From: Candidatus Fraserbacteria bacterium
Lineage (GTDB): Bacteria > Bipolaricaulota > Bipolaricaulia > RBG-16-55-9
Length of the DNA stretch: 28,433 nt
Reading direction: 5' to 3'
Assembly: GCA_037442925.1 (NCBI GenBank)
Contig: JBBIPG010000029.1
Span: 1-28,433 of the forward strand
In this document: piece after piece, positions 18,466-26,705 of the stretch
How the letters are laid out: each line of letters starts with the position of its first letter
Position numbering within the stretch: the stretch's first letter is position 1
The notes under the pieces: generated by a model
Told to the model about the DNA's origin: nothing
Database searches by the model: none
Seen by the model: only the letters and a program-made list of their open reading frames with translations
Program-made: the position numbers and the translations under genes

Positions 18466-21400
18466 TTATGTGACGCTCTCGAATTCGACCCTATCGATCA
18501 CAAGATCGCAATCGAAGTCGAAGATGGTCAGCAAGACCCGCGGCTGGAGCACGCGTTGGTTGCTGAAGGCGTAGACGATCTTATAACGACAGTCATCCGC
18601 TGCTCCATCGCTATCGAAGTCGGCCTTGGCGAAATCCCGTGCGTGGATGACTTGGATCCGAGCGTCTACTTGAACATTTGAATTGACATCCAGGGCAACT
18701 GTATCTGCCAGACCATCCTTGTCGGGATCTTCCAACCACAGCCGGTCGTCCTCCTCGCCGTCGCGATCCAGGTCTGCCGCCGGGAAGGCAGTGGGGTGGC
18801 TGGCTGGATCGTTCGGATCTGTACCGGCTGCCAGTTCGTCTTCATTGGCGAAGCCGTCGTTATCCGTGTCCGGCGGTGGGACACCCTGGAAGGGTTCCAG
18901 GATCGGGATCAGTGGCGAGTTGCAGGGGTCCGCGTCTAAACCATCAATGAAGCCATCGGAATCGGAGTCTCGGTTCGTCGGATCGAGGAAGTCGATATGC
19001 AGGACGGTGAAGTCCGTTTTGTCCTCATCGATCTTGCCATCGAGGTCGTTGTCGATGCCATCGATGGGATCCTCGTCGATAGCTCCGTCGCCATCGTTAT
19101 CGAGATTGGGGATCGCTGGCGCTGCGGCACAGAGGAAGAAGACCTCCTCGCCATCGAACATGAGATCGTTATCGGTGTCATGATCGAGCGGGTTCGTCGG
19201 GTTGAACGGGAAGACGGCAGGAGGGTTGGGTTGGTTTCTCTCCAGAAAATCGTTGAGTCCATCGTCATCGGAGTCGGCATCGCAGGGGTTGGTCTCTTCA
19301 GGTTCTGGTCGGACGGGACCGGGTATGGGGTCCTCGTGGTCGAAGTCGCTCGGCAAGAAATCCCAGTTGCCGTCGTGGTTGAAGTCCTCAAAGCCGTCTT
19401 CCAGGCCATCGTCGTCTGTGTCTGGGTCAAGTGGGTTCATGCAGCCTGTGGTGGGATAGAAGACGTTGATCGGACGTCCACGCAGATCGATCGCTGGAAT
19501 CATGAATTGACGAGAAGTCGAAAAGCCCAATTTCTCGACTCCGTCGCCTTCGGCATCGCCGTCGGTGTCGAATTGATTCGGGTCTGTCTCTCCGGCATCC
19601 ACCATGCCATTGCCGTTCTCGTCCTCGCCAAACCCATTGGGATTTGGATGATCTCCGATCTGCCCCACGCTGTTGTCACTAACGCCGCTGCTGCAGAGCG
19701 GGTTCGTTCCCGAGCCATCGATTCCGAAGGACGGTGTGTTCGCGCCACCGTCGCACAAGCCATCGCCGTCGGTGTCGGCGTTTACGGGATTGGTTGTGTT
19801 CGCACCGAAGACTTCCACCCCGTCACCCAGACCGTCGTCGTCGGTGTCGAAGTCGAACGGGTCAGTGGGAATCGGGCCTTCTCCTAAGAACTCCCGATCG
19901 CCTCGGCCGTCGTTGTCTGTGTCCCAGTCCGTGATGCTGCTGCCAATCTGGAACTCTTCGCCGTCTAATAATCCGTCGCCATCCGAATCGGAATCGCAAA
20001 TGCCCGTTATGTCGTCATCATTCAGCTCGCCTGCGTTGGAAGGATCTGGCGTGACAGGAGTCTGATTCACGCTGGCTGCAGCCACGTCGGCTATGGCATC
20101 TTCCAAATCTCGCAGACCATCTGCATCGGAGTCGAAACTGTTGGCATAGCCGTCCAACAGGAAGGTTCCAGTGCCGGGTCCGCCAGGCCCCTCGTTGCAT
20201 CCAGGGCCAAACTCAACGTCGTCGTTGATCCCATCACCATCGGTGTCGATCTGCAACGGGTCCGTCTGATCCCTGGGATCGGGCGGACTGTTGAATTGCG
20301 CAGTGGCACTTAATGCTTCTTCGCAATCGGATAGACAGTCAATCGTGTCAGGACCTGCGTACCCACTTAAGATTGGAGCACTGGCGGCTGCGCGTGTGGT
20401 GATGACGCCGTCTGCGGTATCCCCATCGGTATCTGGGTTATTGGGGTTGGTGAAGAAGACTTGCAGCTCTTCTTTATCGCTCAACCCATCATCGTCGCTG
20501 TCCCAATCGAGGTGATCCACCGCGAGGGCGATTTCGACGCCATCTAAGATTCCATCACCGTCCGAGTCGGGGTCGCAGATGCTGGCGATGGCATCGTCGC
20601 TCAATTCGCCGTCGTTGCCGCTGGCAGCGGCGACATCGGCCACGGCAAATTCCGCCCCGTCCTGGGCTGCGTCATCGTCGGAATCATCGTCATTAATGAA
20701 AGGACATTCCGTGTCCTTGACGGTCCCGTCTTGGGTGCCGCCGGGGAGCTCCGTGGGATCGGTGAGTCCGTCGTCGTCCGTGTCCGGATCGAGCGGATCG
20801 CCCACTTGTTCAAATTGCCGGTCGGGGAAGGTGCCGGCAATGATGAAGACCTCGTCGTAGTCCTCGAGACCGTCGCCGTCGCTGTCTTTTGCAGAACATG
20901 TTGTGAACGTGCGGTTCTGCTCTTCGCTATCGGAGAGACCGTCTCCGTCGGTGTCGGGATCGGCCGGGTTGCAGCCGGAGCCGCTGCCCAACTCAAAGCC
21001 GTCCGAGAGGTCATCATTGTCAGTGTCGAAGTCTGTCGGGGACGGCTCACCCTCTCCCGAGCAATCCCCAAAGGGAGCGACCGTACAACCCGAAACCCCA
21101 AAGACTCCATCCCCGTCGCGATCCTCTTCGCCGTCGAGGAGGCCGTCTCCGTCCGTGTCGGGGTTCAGCGGGTTGGTGCCCGCGCTTGCCTCGCTGCGGG
21201 TGACTCCCGTAGGCATGTTGGTGAAGAAGTTAAAGCCCACAGGGCAGCCGTTGGTACCGTCACCATCGACGTCAACCGTGCCATCGCCGTCGCATAGGCC
21301 ATCGTCATCCGTATCAGGGTCTAGGGTGCTCGTGCCCTGGGCCAAGTCCTGTGGATCGGTCTTGCCATCGTCATCGGTGTCCTTGTCGCACATGTCTGTG

Positions 21401-24054
21401 AGCTGGAAGGTGGACTCAAACCCATCCGATGTCCCCACTCCGCCAACGCTGCCAGTGGGATCCGTGAACCCATCACCATCGCTGTCTGGATCGGTCGGAT
21501 CTGGGCAGTGTCTGTCCTTGGGGTGTCGAGCTGCAGGGCCCCCACTGGCCCCGCCGAAGAAGCCGCCAGCGGCTTCAATTTCGGCGCCGTCGCTAAGAAG
21601 ATCGTCATCGCTATCCGGATCTATATCACTGGTTCCGATATCGAGCTCAATCACGCCGGGCAGGCCATCGCCATCAAGATCCGTGCAGGCGATCAGGGAG
21701 AACGTTTGCAGAACGACTCGCGCTATTCCGATAACTGTGGCGGCAATATCACTCGAAGGAATAGTTACACCTTCAACGGCAACGGTGACGACAATTAACC
21801 CTCCCCCTACACCCACCCCAACCACAGAGTCCGGCGATGGGTCGATGGCCAGTGCTGCGATATCCAAGGCAAGGCCCACCACCGACGCAGCGAAGCAACC
21901 GCTAATAAGACCTGTCTTTATCTGCGCGATATTCTTGCCACCGCTGGCATCCACGGGAGCGGGACTGGTGATATTCTCGCCCCCTACGGATTTCAGATGG
22001 ATGTTGTCCGACGGGGTGTATTGACCCGTAACGTTGACCATGATGGCAGTGATCGACACAGTGAATGAGCACGTACCACCGCTCAGGGTGCAAAATGTGG
22101 AGTTATCCACAACATTGATGACCGTCCCCGCAGGCGTTGATGGGGTGCCCCGTGGTGCTGTATCGGTTACTGTGGCCGTGCAGTTGCCTGATGTATCGCA
22201 GCTGATCGTTGTCTCGGTGGTGCGCCTTATGACGGCTTGGCCGAAGCCGCTGTTGCTGCTCGCATGTGTGGTGGTGGCGCTGTACACTGCGGCAATCGTG
22301 TGGAAGCCACTATCAACTGAAAGCGACGTGGGGGTGTAGTTGAACATACACGTAGACTGGCCAGTTCCTGTCGTGAGCGGGCAAGGGTCGTTGGTGATCG
22401 TGAAGGTTCCCCCTGAGCCCGTGGTGTCAACCATAAGATCCGCTGATCCGGTAGGTGCGAGTGCCGAGGCCGTCGGGCCTTCATCTCTGACGGTCACGGT
22501 GCAAGTACCGGTCTCATTGACGAAGAGCTCGCCACTATCCACGTTGGCCGAATTCTTACACATGATCACAGTGCTGGTGGGGCGCAGGCGGACGGTCAGT
22601 TGGTTGCTGTCCGAACTGGTCTGGTGTACTGAAGAACCGCCGTAGGTGGCCGTGATCGTGGTCGTGTCGAATCCCGTTCCGGCATCACCGGCGGCGGGCG
22701 TGTAATTCACGCTGCAAGAGCCAGAGCTTAGCGTGCAAGGGGCGCCGCTGAATGTGCCAGCTTTGCCTCCATCATCAAAGCTCACATTGCCCGTCGGGGT
22801 TGAAGCTGTCCCTACCGTCGTGTCGTCTTCAACAGTCACGGTACACGTGATCTCTTGGTTGATGAAGATGTCCACGGGAGTGCAGCTTAAGAGAAGATCT
22901 GAGGCGCGCTTGACGACGACCTGATCGAATGTATCGCTGCTGGCAGGGTGTTTGCTGCTGCCGCCGTAGCTGGCCGTGATCGTGTGGGGACTGGTATCTC
23001 CGCTGCTGGGTGTGTACTTAACGGTGCATTGCCCGATGGCATTGAGCGTGCACGTCGTCGTGTCAAAGCTGCCTTCCCCGGCGGGCGAATTGGAGAATGT
23101 GACGGTGCCCGTCGGGAACGACGGAGTGCCCGGCGAGGTGTCGGTCATGGTCACCGTGCAGATCGTCTGCTCATTGACGACAAGCGGTGTTGCCGAGCAG
23201 GTCACGGTGGTAACCGTCGTGCGCAGCGTGACGGTTACGTCAAAGGTATCGCTGCTGGTGTCGTGGACGCCCGTTGATGCACCAGCGGGCGTGTACGACC
23301 CTGTAATCGTGTGGGTCCCGGCGTTGCCTGTGGGTGTGTACTCGATCGTACAAGAAGAGGTATCGGCATCCACGGCAGAGAGGTTGCAGCTGGGTGCCGT
23401 GCCTCCGGGTTGAGGGTTGCTGAAGTCGCCCGGCCCGGAGCTGGAGAAGCTCACGGTCCCTTCGGGTGCGGATGTCGTCCCGGCCGCCGTGTCGTCGACG
23501 GTGGCGGTGCAAGTTGTCTTAGCATCAATGGCCACCGTGCCGGGCGAGCAGGTGACCGTGGTGGTCGTGGTGCGCAAATTGACGGCTAATGAAGTATTGC
23601 CGCTGCTTGCGGGGTGAAACCCATCTCCGCTGTAATTGCCCGTGATGGTGGTGGTGCCCGCGTCGCCCGCAGCAGGCACGTACGTGACGCTGCAGGAGCC
23701 GCTGGACAACGTACACTCACCAGCGGGAGTGGGATCGGTGAAGCTGCCCGCCTTGCCCCCGTTATTGAAGGTCACCGTGCCTGTGGGCGTAGCGCCACCC
23801 GTCTCAACACTCACCGTGGCCGTGCAGGTGGTCGCCTGGTTAATAAACACCGGATTGGGGGTACAGCTGACTGTAGTCGTGCTGGATGTGGCAAACGCCT
23901 CAGAGCTGGAGTTGACGATCAGGATTCCAAAGAAGACAAGTCCTACAAGAGTTAGATTAAAGAGCGCGAAGAGCTTAGCTTTCGCACGGACTGTTCTGGC
24001 TATCGATCCCACCTTGAGTGCACCTCCTCGGGTTGTCATGCTCATTTCTCTCAC
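18466..24054 (-). CDS. Giant secreted/surface protein: long signal peptide, six Cys-rich Ig-like (Big_3-like) repeats, central hydrophobic segment, long thrombospondin-type-3-like DxDxDG Ca-binding repeat region
   Basis: 1862-aa ORF (start may be ATG 24045). Hydrophobic h-region ending SEAFA. Repeats 'TTTVxC...CTxTV...PTGTVxF...C...C...Y.P...TIT..Y.G...H..S'. Many 'P...DTDxDGLxDGxE' units. Confidence 0.9.
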   Translation of the reverse strand: MREMSMTTRGGALKVGSIARTVRAKAKLFALFNLTLVGLVFFGILIVNSSSEAFATSSTTTVSCTPNPVFINQATTCTATVSVETGGATPTGTVTFNNGGKAGSFTDPTPAGECTLSSGSCSVTYVPAAGDAGTTTITGNYSGDGFHPASSGNTSLAVNLRTTTTTVTCSPGTVAIDAKTTCTATVDDTAAGTTSAPEGTVSFSSSGPGDFSNPQPGGTAPSCNLSAVDADTSSCTIEYTPTGNAGTHTITGSYTPAGASTGVHDTSSDTFDVTVTLRTTVTTVTCSATPLVVNEQTICTVTMTDTSPGTPSFPTGTVTFSNSPAGEGSFDTTTCTLNAIGQCTVKYTPSSGDTSPHTITASYGGSSKHPASSDTFDQVVVKRASDLLLSCTPVDIFINQEITCTVTVEDDTTVGTASTPTGNVSFDDGGKAGTFSGAPCTLSSGSCSVNYTPAAGDAGTGFDTTTITATYGGSSVHQTSSDSNQLTVRLRPTSTVIMCKNSANVDSGELFVNETGTCTVTVRDEGPTASALAPTGSADLMVDTTGSGGTFTITNDPCPLTTGTGQSTCMFNYTPTSLSVDSGFHTIAAVYSATTTHASSNSGFGQAVIRRTTETTISCDTSGNCTATVTDTAPRGTPSTPAGTVINVVDNSTFCTLSGGTCSFTVSITAIMVNVTGQYTPSDNIHLKSVGGENITSPAPVDASGGKNIAQIKTGLISGCFAASVVGLALDIAALAIDPSPDSVVGVGVGGGLIVVTVAVEGVTIPSSDIAATVIGIARVVLQTFSLIACTDLDGDGLPGVIELDIGTSDIDPDSDDDLLSDGAEIEAAGGFFGGASGGPAARHPKDRHCPDPTDPDSDGDGFTDPTGSVGGVGTSDGFESTFQLTDMCDKDTDDDGKTDPQDLAQGTSTLDPDTDDDGLCDGDGTVDVDGDGTNGCPVGFNFFTNMPTGVTRSEASAGTNPLNPDTDGDGLLDGEEDRDGDGVFGVSGCTVAPFGDCSGEGEPSPTDFDTDNDDLSDGFELGSGSGCNPADPDTDGDGLSDSEEQNRTFTTCSAKDSDGDGLEDYDEVFIIAGTFPDRQFEQVGDPLDPDTDDDGLTDPTELPGGTQDGTVKDTECPFINDDDSDDDAAQDGAEFAVADVAAASGNDGELSDDAIASICDPDSDGDGILDGVEIALAVDHLDWDSDDDGLSDKEELQVFFTNPNNPDTDGDTADGVITTRAAASAPILSGYAGPDTIDCLSDCEEALSATAQFNSPPDPRDQTDPLQIDTDGDGINDDVEFGPGCNEGPGGPGTGTFLLDGYANSFDSDADGLRDLEDAIADVAAASVNQTPVTPDPSNAGELNDDDITGICDSDSDGDGLLDGEEFQIGSSITDWDTDNDGRGDREFLGEGPIPTDPFDFDTDDDGLGDGVEVFGANTTNPVNADTDGDGLCDGGANTPSFGIDGSGTNPLCSSGVSDNSVGQIGDHPNPNGFGEDENGNGMVDAGETDPNQFDTDGDAEGDGVEKLGFSTSRQFMIPAIDLRGRPINVFYPTTGCMNPLDPDTDDDGLEDGFEDFNHDGNWDFLPSDFDHEDPIPGPVRPEPEETNPCDADSDDDGLNDFLERNQPNPPAVFPFNPTNPLDHDTDNDLMFDGEEVFFLCAAAPAIPNLDNDGDGAIDEDPIDGIDNDLDGKIDEDKTDFTVLHIDFLDPTNRDSDSDGFIDGLDADPCNSPLIPILEPFQGVPPPDTDNDGFANEDELAAGTDPNDPASHPTAFPAADLDRDGEEDDRLWLEDPDKDGLADTVALDVNSNVQVDARIQVIHARDFAKADFDSDGAADDCRYKIVYAFSNQRVLQPRVLLTIFDFDCDLVIDRVEFESVT

Positions 24055-24057
24055 ACC

Positions 24058-25389
24058 TTAATAGACCAGCCCAACACTGAAGCCCGCGCGGGTGAGTCCT
24101 GCCTTTCCGAAGACCACTTGGATGGAGGTCTGCGCCGGAGCAATGGTAATCCCCATGCTTAAGGAGAAGCTGCCAAACTCCAATCTCCCAGGCGTGGCGC
24201 TACGCACAAGCGTCAACGCCTGATTGGCATTGAGGACCCCGGTCGTCACAGCCAGACTGAAGGTGGCTCCGGTAATCCCCTGCCCCTTCTGAAAGGAAGT
24301 ACTGGCAGAGGCTTGAGCCGTCAAGTTGCCCGCCACGATGGCCCGCGCCAACCGGATACTGGCGGAGTTGAGGCCGAAGGAGCTATCGATATTCACATTG
24401 ATCGCGAGATCGCCTGAGCTCAGAACCACGTTCAGCCCGCCAAAGCTCACGGAGAATAGATTCGTAAAGACGACGCTCGTGGAAAACGGGATCGGCCCGC
24501 CGGTGAAATTGAACGTGTTCGTCAATTGGCACGTCGTGGTGCCAGCGCAGCTCATCGTGGTGCTGGCAAGCAGGCCGCTTGCCAGGGGAATCCCGCTGAT
24601 CGATATGGTTTCAAAGTCGAAGAAGAGTTGCGGCTTGACCTCACCTACGCAGTCCGGATTGACACTCCCTGCCGCCGAGAACTTCTTGACGGCATTGCCG
24701 GCGTTGGTGGCGCAGATGCCAAGTTGACCCACGATCGTGATTCCGCTCGGCGTCGCCCCTGCAATGGTAATGAGATCTCCAAAGGCGAAGCTCTGCGTCT
24801 GGTAGTGGGTGGCAGGGTTCGTCTCGATGCCGCGGATACATGTGCCCTCTGGGTCGCCATCGCCATCGCAGTCCGTCTCCCCATAGGGGGAATTGGGATT
24901 GGGGAAGGTTACGTCTTCGAAGATGGCCAAGTTCTTCACCTGGAGGCCGCCCAGAGTCATGCTGGTGGTGATGCGCTGCTTGGCAAAGAGCATCTGACCA
25001 GGTGGGATGACGACGATATTGGGCAGGTTATTGATGTCTGTCACACTCTCAAAGGGTGTGGCAAACCACATCTCTGCAAGGATATCGACCATGCCCAAGC
25101 TGGAATTGATGTTGAAAATGAAGTGCTCCAATCCCGGGATTCCGACGGCCATGTCGACTGTGAAGACGAGGCCACTGACGGAGAAGCCGAGTTTGATCAG
25201 TGCTTCAATATCGAACTTGAGGAGCGTCTTCTCACAAGGTGTATCGAGCTTGATCTCGCCCACCAGCGTGCAGGGGATGGGCTCTGCCAGAAGGGTGATG
25301 GCGGAACTCCCCGTCAGATCCGCCTTGGCAGTGAGCGCTCCTCCAACTGTGAAGAAAAGGCCGATGATTGCGACCCTCCATACGGTCAC
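24058..25389 (-). CDS. Secreted beta-rich protein, putative outer-membrane beta-barrel (443 aa)
   Basis: GTG 25389 after GGAGGG. Signal peptide ending AKA|D. Many alternating hydrophobic/polar strands. C-terminus AGFSVGLVY ends in an aromatic residue, like a beta-signal. Stop is 3 nt from the giant gene. Confidence 0.7.
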   Translation of the reverse strand: MTVWRVAIIGLFFTVGGALTAKADLTGSSAITLLAEPIPCTLVGEIKLDTPCEKTLLKFDIEALIKLGFSVSGLVFTVDMAVGIPGLEHFIFNINSSLGMVDILAEMWFATPFESVTDINNLPNIVVIPPGQMLFAKQRITTSMTLGGLQVKNLAIFEDVTFPNPNSPYGETDCDGDGDPEGTCIRGIETNPATHYQTQSFAFGDLITIAGATPSGITIVGQLGICATNAGNAVKKFSAAGSVNPDCVGEVKPQLFFDFETISISGIPLASGLLASTTMSCAGTTTCQLTNTFNFTGGPIPFSTSVVFTNLFSVSFGGLNVVLSSGDLAINVNIDSSFGLNSASIRLARAIVAGNLTAQASASTSFQKGQGITGATFSLAVTTGVLNANQALTLVRSATPGRLEFGSFSLSMGITIAPAQTSIQVVFGKAGLTRAGFSVGLVY

Positions 25390-25441
25390 CTGCGGACCCT
25401 CCCTTTTTCCCACTCCTTTAGAGTCTTTTTGCTGGAAACAC

Positions 25442-25476
25442 ATTCTAGATTTAGCGTGTCCCCATTTTGTCCCCAT
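25442..25476 (-). promoter_or_regulatory. Activator-dependent promoter: tandem ATGGGGACA direct repeats (11-bp period) upstream of -10 TAGAAT
   Basis: Minus strand ATGGGGACA-aa-ATGGGGACA-cgctaaatc-TAGAAT. No consensus -35. Confidence 0.7.
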
Positions 25477-25484
25477 GCCCAAAC

Positions 25485-25514
25485 TTGACATGAGTAGCCG
25501 CTGTTGCGTATACT
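25485..25514 (+). promoter_or_regulatory. Promoter of the SARP/BTAD regulator
   Basis: TTGACA-18 bp-TATACT. GGAGG SD at 25546-25550. Confidence 0.7.
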
Positions 25515-25553
25515 TCTCATTCGCAACACCGGTGCGCTCAAAAACGGAGGTAT

Positions 25554-26705
25554 GTGGTGGACTTGGAGGAGGCCAAGCTACACATACGGCTTTTCGGCCG
25601 CTTTGAGGTCTGGCGTGATGGTGATCTCATCAACCATACGGAGTGGGGCCGACGAAAAACCCAATCCCTTTTCAAGTTGCTGCTCACCGCACCGAGACGC
25701 ATCTTCACTGTAGATCAACTGATCGAGGCACTCTATCCAGCCGGGAGGAGTCCGAATCGGGCAGCTGCCAATCTGCGCACGCGCATCAGCCAATTGCGGC
25801 GCGCCCTTGAACCGAGACTCAATCAGGGCAGAGATTCTCAATATATTCTCCGTGTAAGCTCAGGTCATTATTGCTTTAACTATCGGGCTTCGTACTGGTT
25901 GGACACTGAGGAATTTGAAGAGCACCTACGCTCTGCTAAGGAGTTGCAAGATGATAGCGACTGGTCGAAAGCCCTGGCTGAGTATGAAAAGGCGATCCAT
26001 CTCCACCGCGGAGATTTCTTAGCGGATGACCTCTACGAAGAGTGGACCCTGGCGCCACGAGATCGCTTCCGCGACCTCTTTCTTGAGGCACTCGAAGGCC
26101 TTGCCGAGTGCCATGCGCAGCTGGGACAGTATGCTCAAGCGATAGAACAGTGTCAGCGTGCCATTCGAGAAAAACCCGTCCTCGAGCGTGCGTATCGCCA
26201 ACTGATGCGCTATCACTATGACGCCGGGCGCCCTGAGAAGATTGCACAAGTCTATGAAGACTGCGTTCGTGCGCTACGGGAGAATCTGGACGTGGAACCC
26301 ACGATCGAAACCCGCAGACTCTACGAACGCCTGAAGAAACACTTAGTTCCCCAGCTGCAACAGATCCTGGTCTCCCAGAGGGAGTTCGCTGAGCCGCTCA
26401 CGATGGCCTACGTCTTGGAAGCGATGGGGACCATGGCGTTTCAAGAGGGCCGCTATGTGGCAGCCCGTTCGTTACTTGAGAAGAGCCTGAGAATACTGCA
26501 AGAGCTGGGAGACAGACGAGGAATAGCCCTCTTGCTGGAGCGATATGGGTGGCTTGAGGCTGTGGAGCACCCCGAGAGGGCCGCACGCCTCTTCGGAGCC
26601 GTCGAAGCCTCATTGCAGAAACTCAGAACCGGCTTGCCTGCTTCTATGTGGGAAGATCATGAGAAGAGCCTAGCTAACCCCATGTGCAAGTTTTGGAGTT
26701 GCTGA
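25554..26705 (+). CDS. SARP-family transcriptional activator (OmpR-type wHTH + BTAD + TPR), C-terminus truncated by IS982
   Basis: LHIRLFGRFEV, LFKLLL, LIEALYP, NLRTRISQLRRAL, LDTEEFE, GDFLADDLYEEW, ERAYRQLM, LDVEPTIETRRLYE, ERAARLFGA. The final residues (from ~26677) are read from the IS end. Confidence 0.9.
   Translation: MVDLEEAKLHIRLFGRFEVWRDGDLINHTEWGRRKTQSLFKLLLTAPRRIFTVDQLIEALYPAGRSPNRAAANLRTRISQLRRALEPRLNQGRDSQYILRVSSGHYCFNYRASYWLDTEEFEEHLRSAKELQDDSDWSKALAEYEKAIHLHRGDFLADDLYEEWTLAPRDRFRDLFLEALEGLAECHAQLGQYAQAIEQCQRAIREKPVLERAYRQLMRYHYDAGRPEKIAQVYEDCVRALRENLDVEPTIETRRLYERLKKHLVPQLQQILVSQREFAEPLTMAYVLEAMGTMAFQEGRYVAARSLLEKSLRILQELGDRRGIALLLERYGWLEAVEHPERAARLFGAVEASLQKLRTGLPASMWEDHEKSLANPMCKFWSC

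Noticed and set aside
18683..24061. Many Ser/Val/Pro-rich plus-strand ORFs (e.g. 20903-22024)
   Set aside because: Antisense reflections of the repetitive Asp/Thr/Gly codons of the giant gene.
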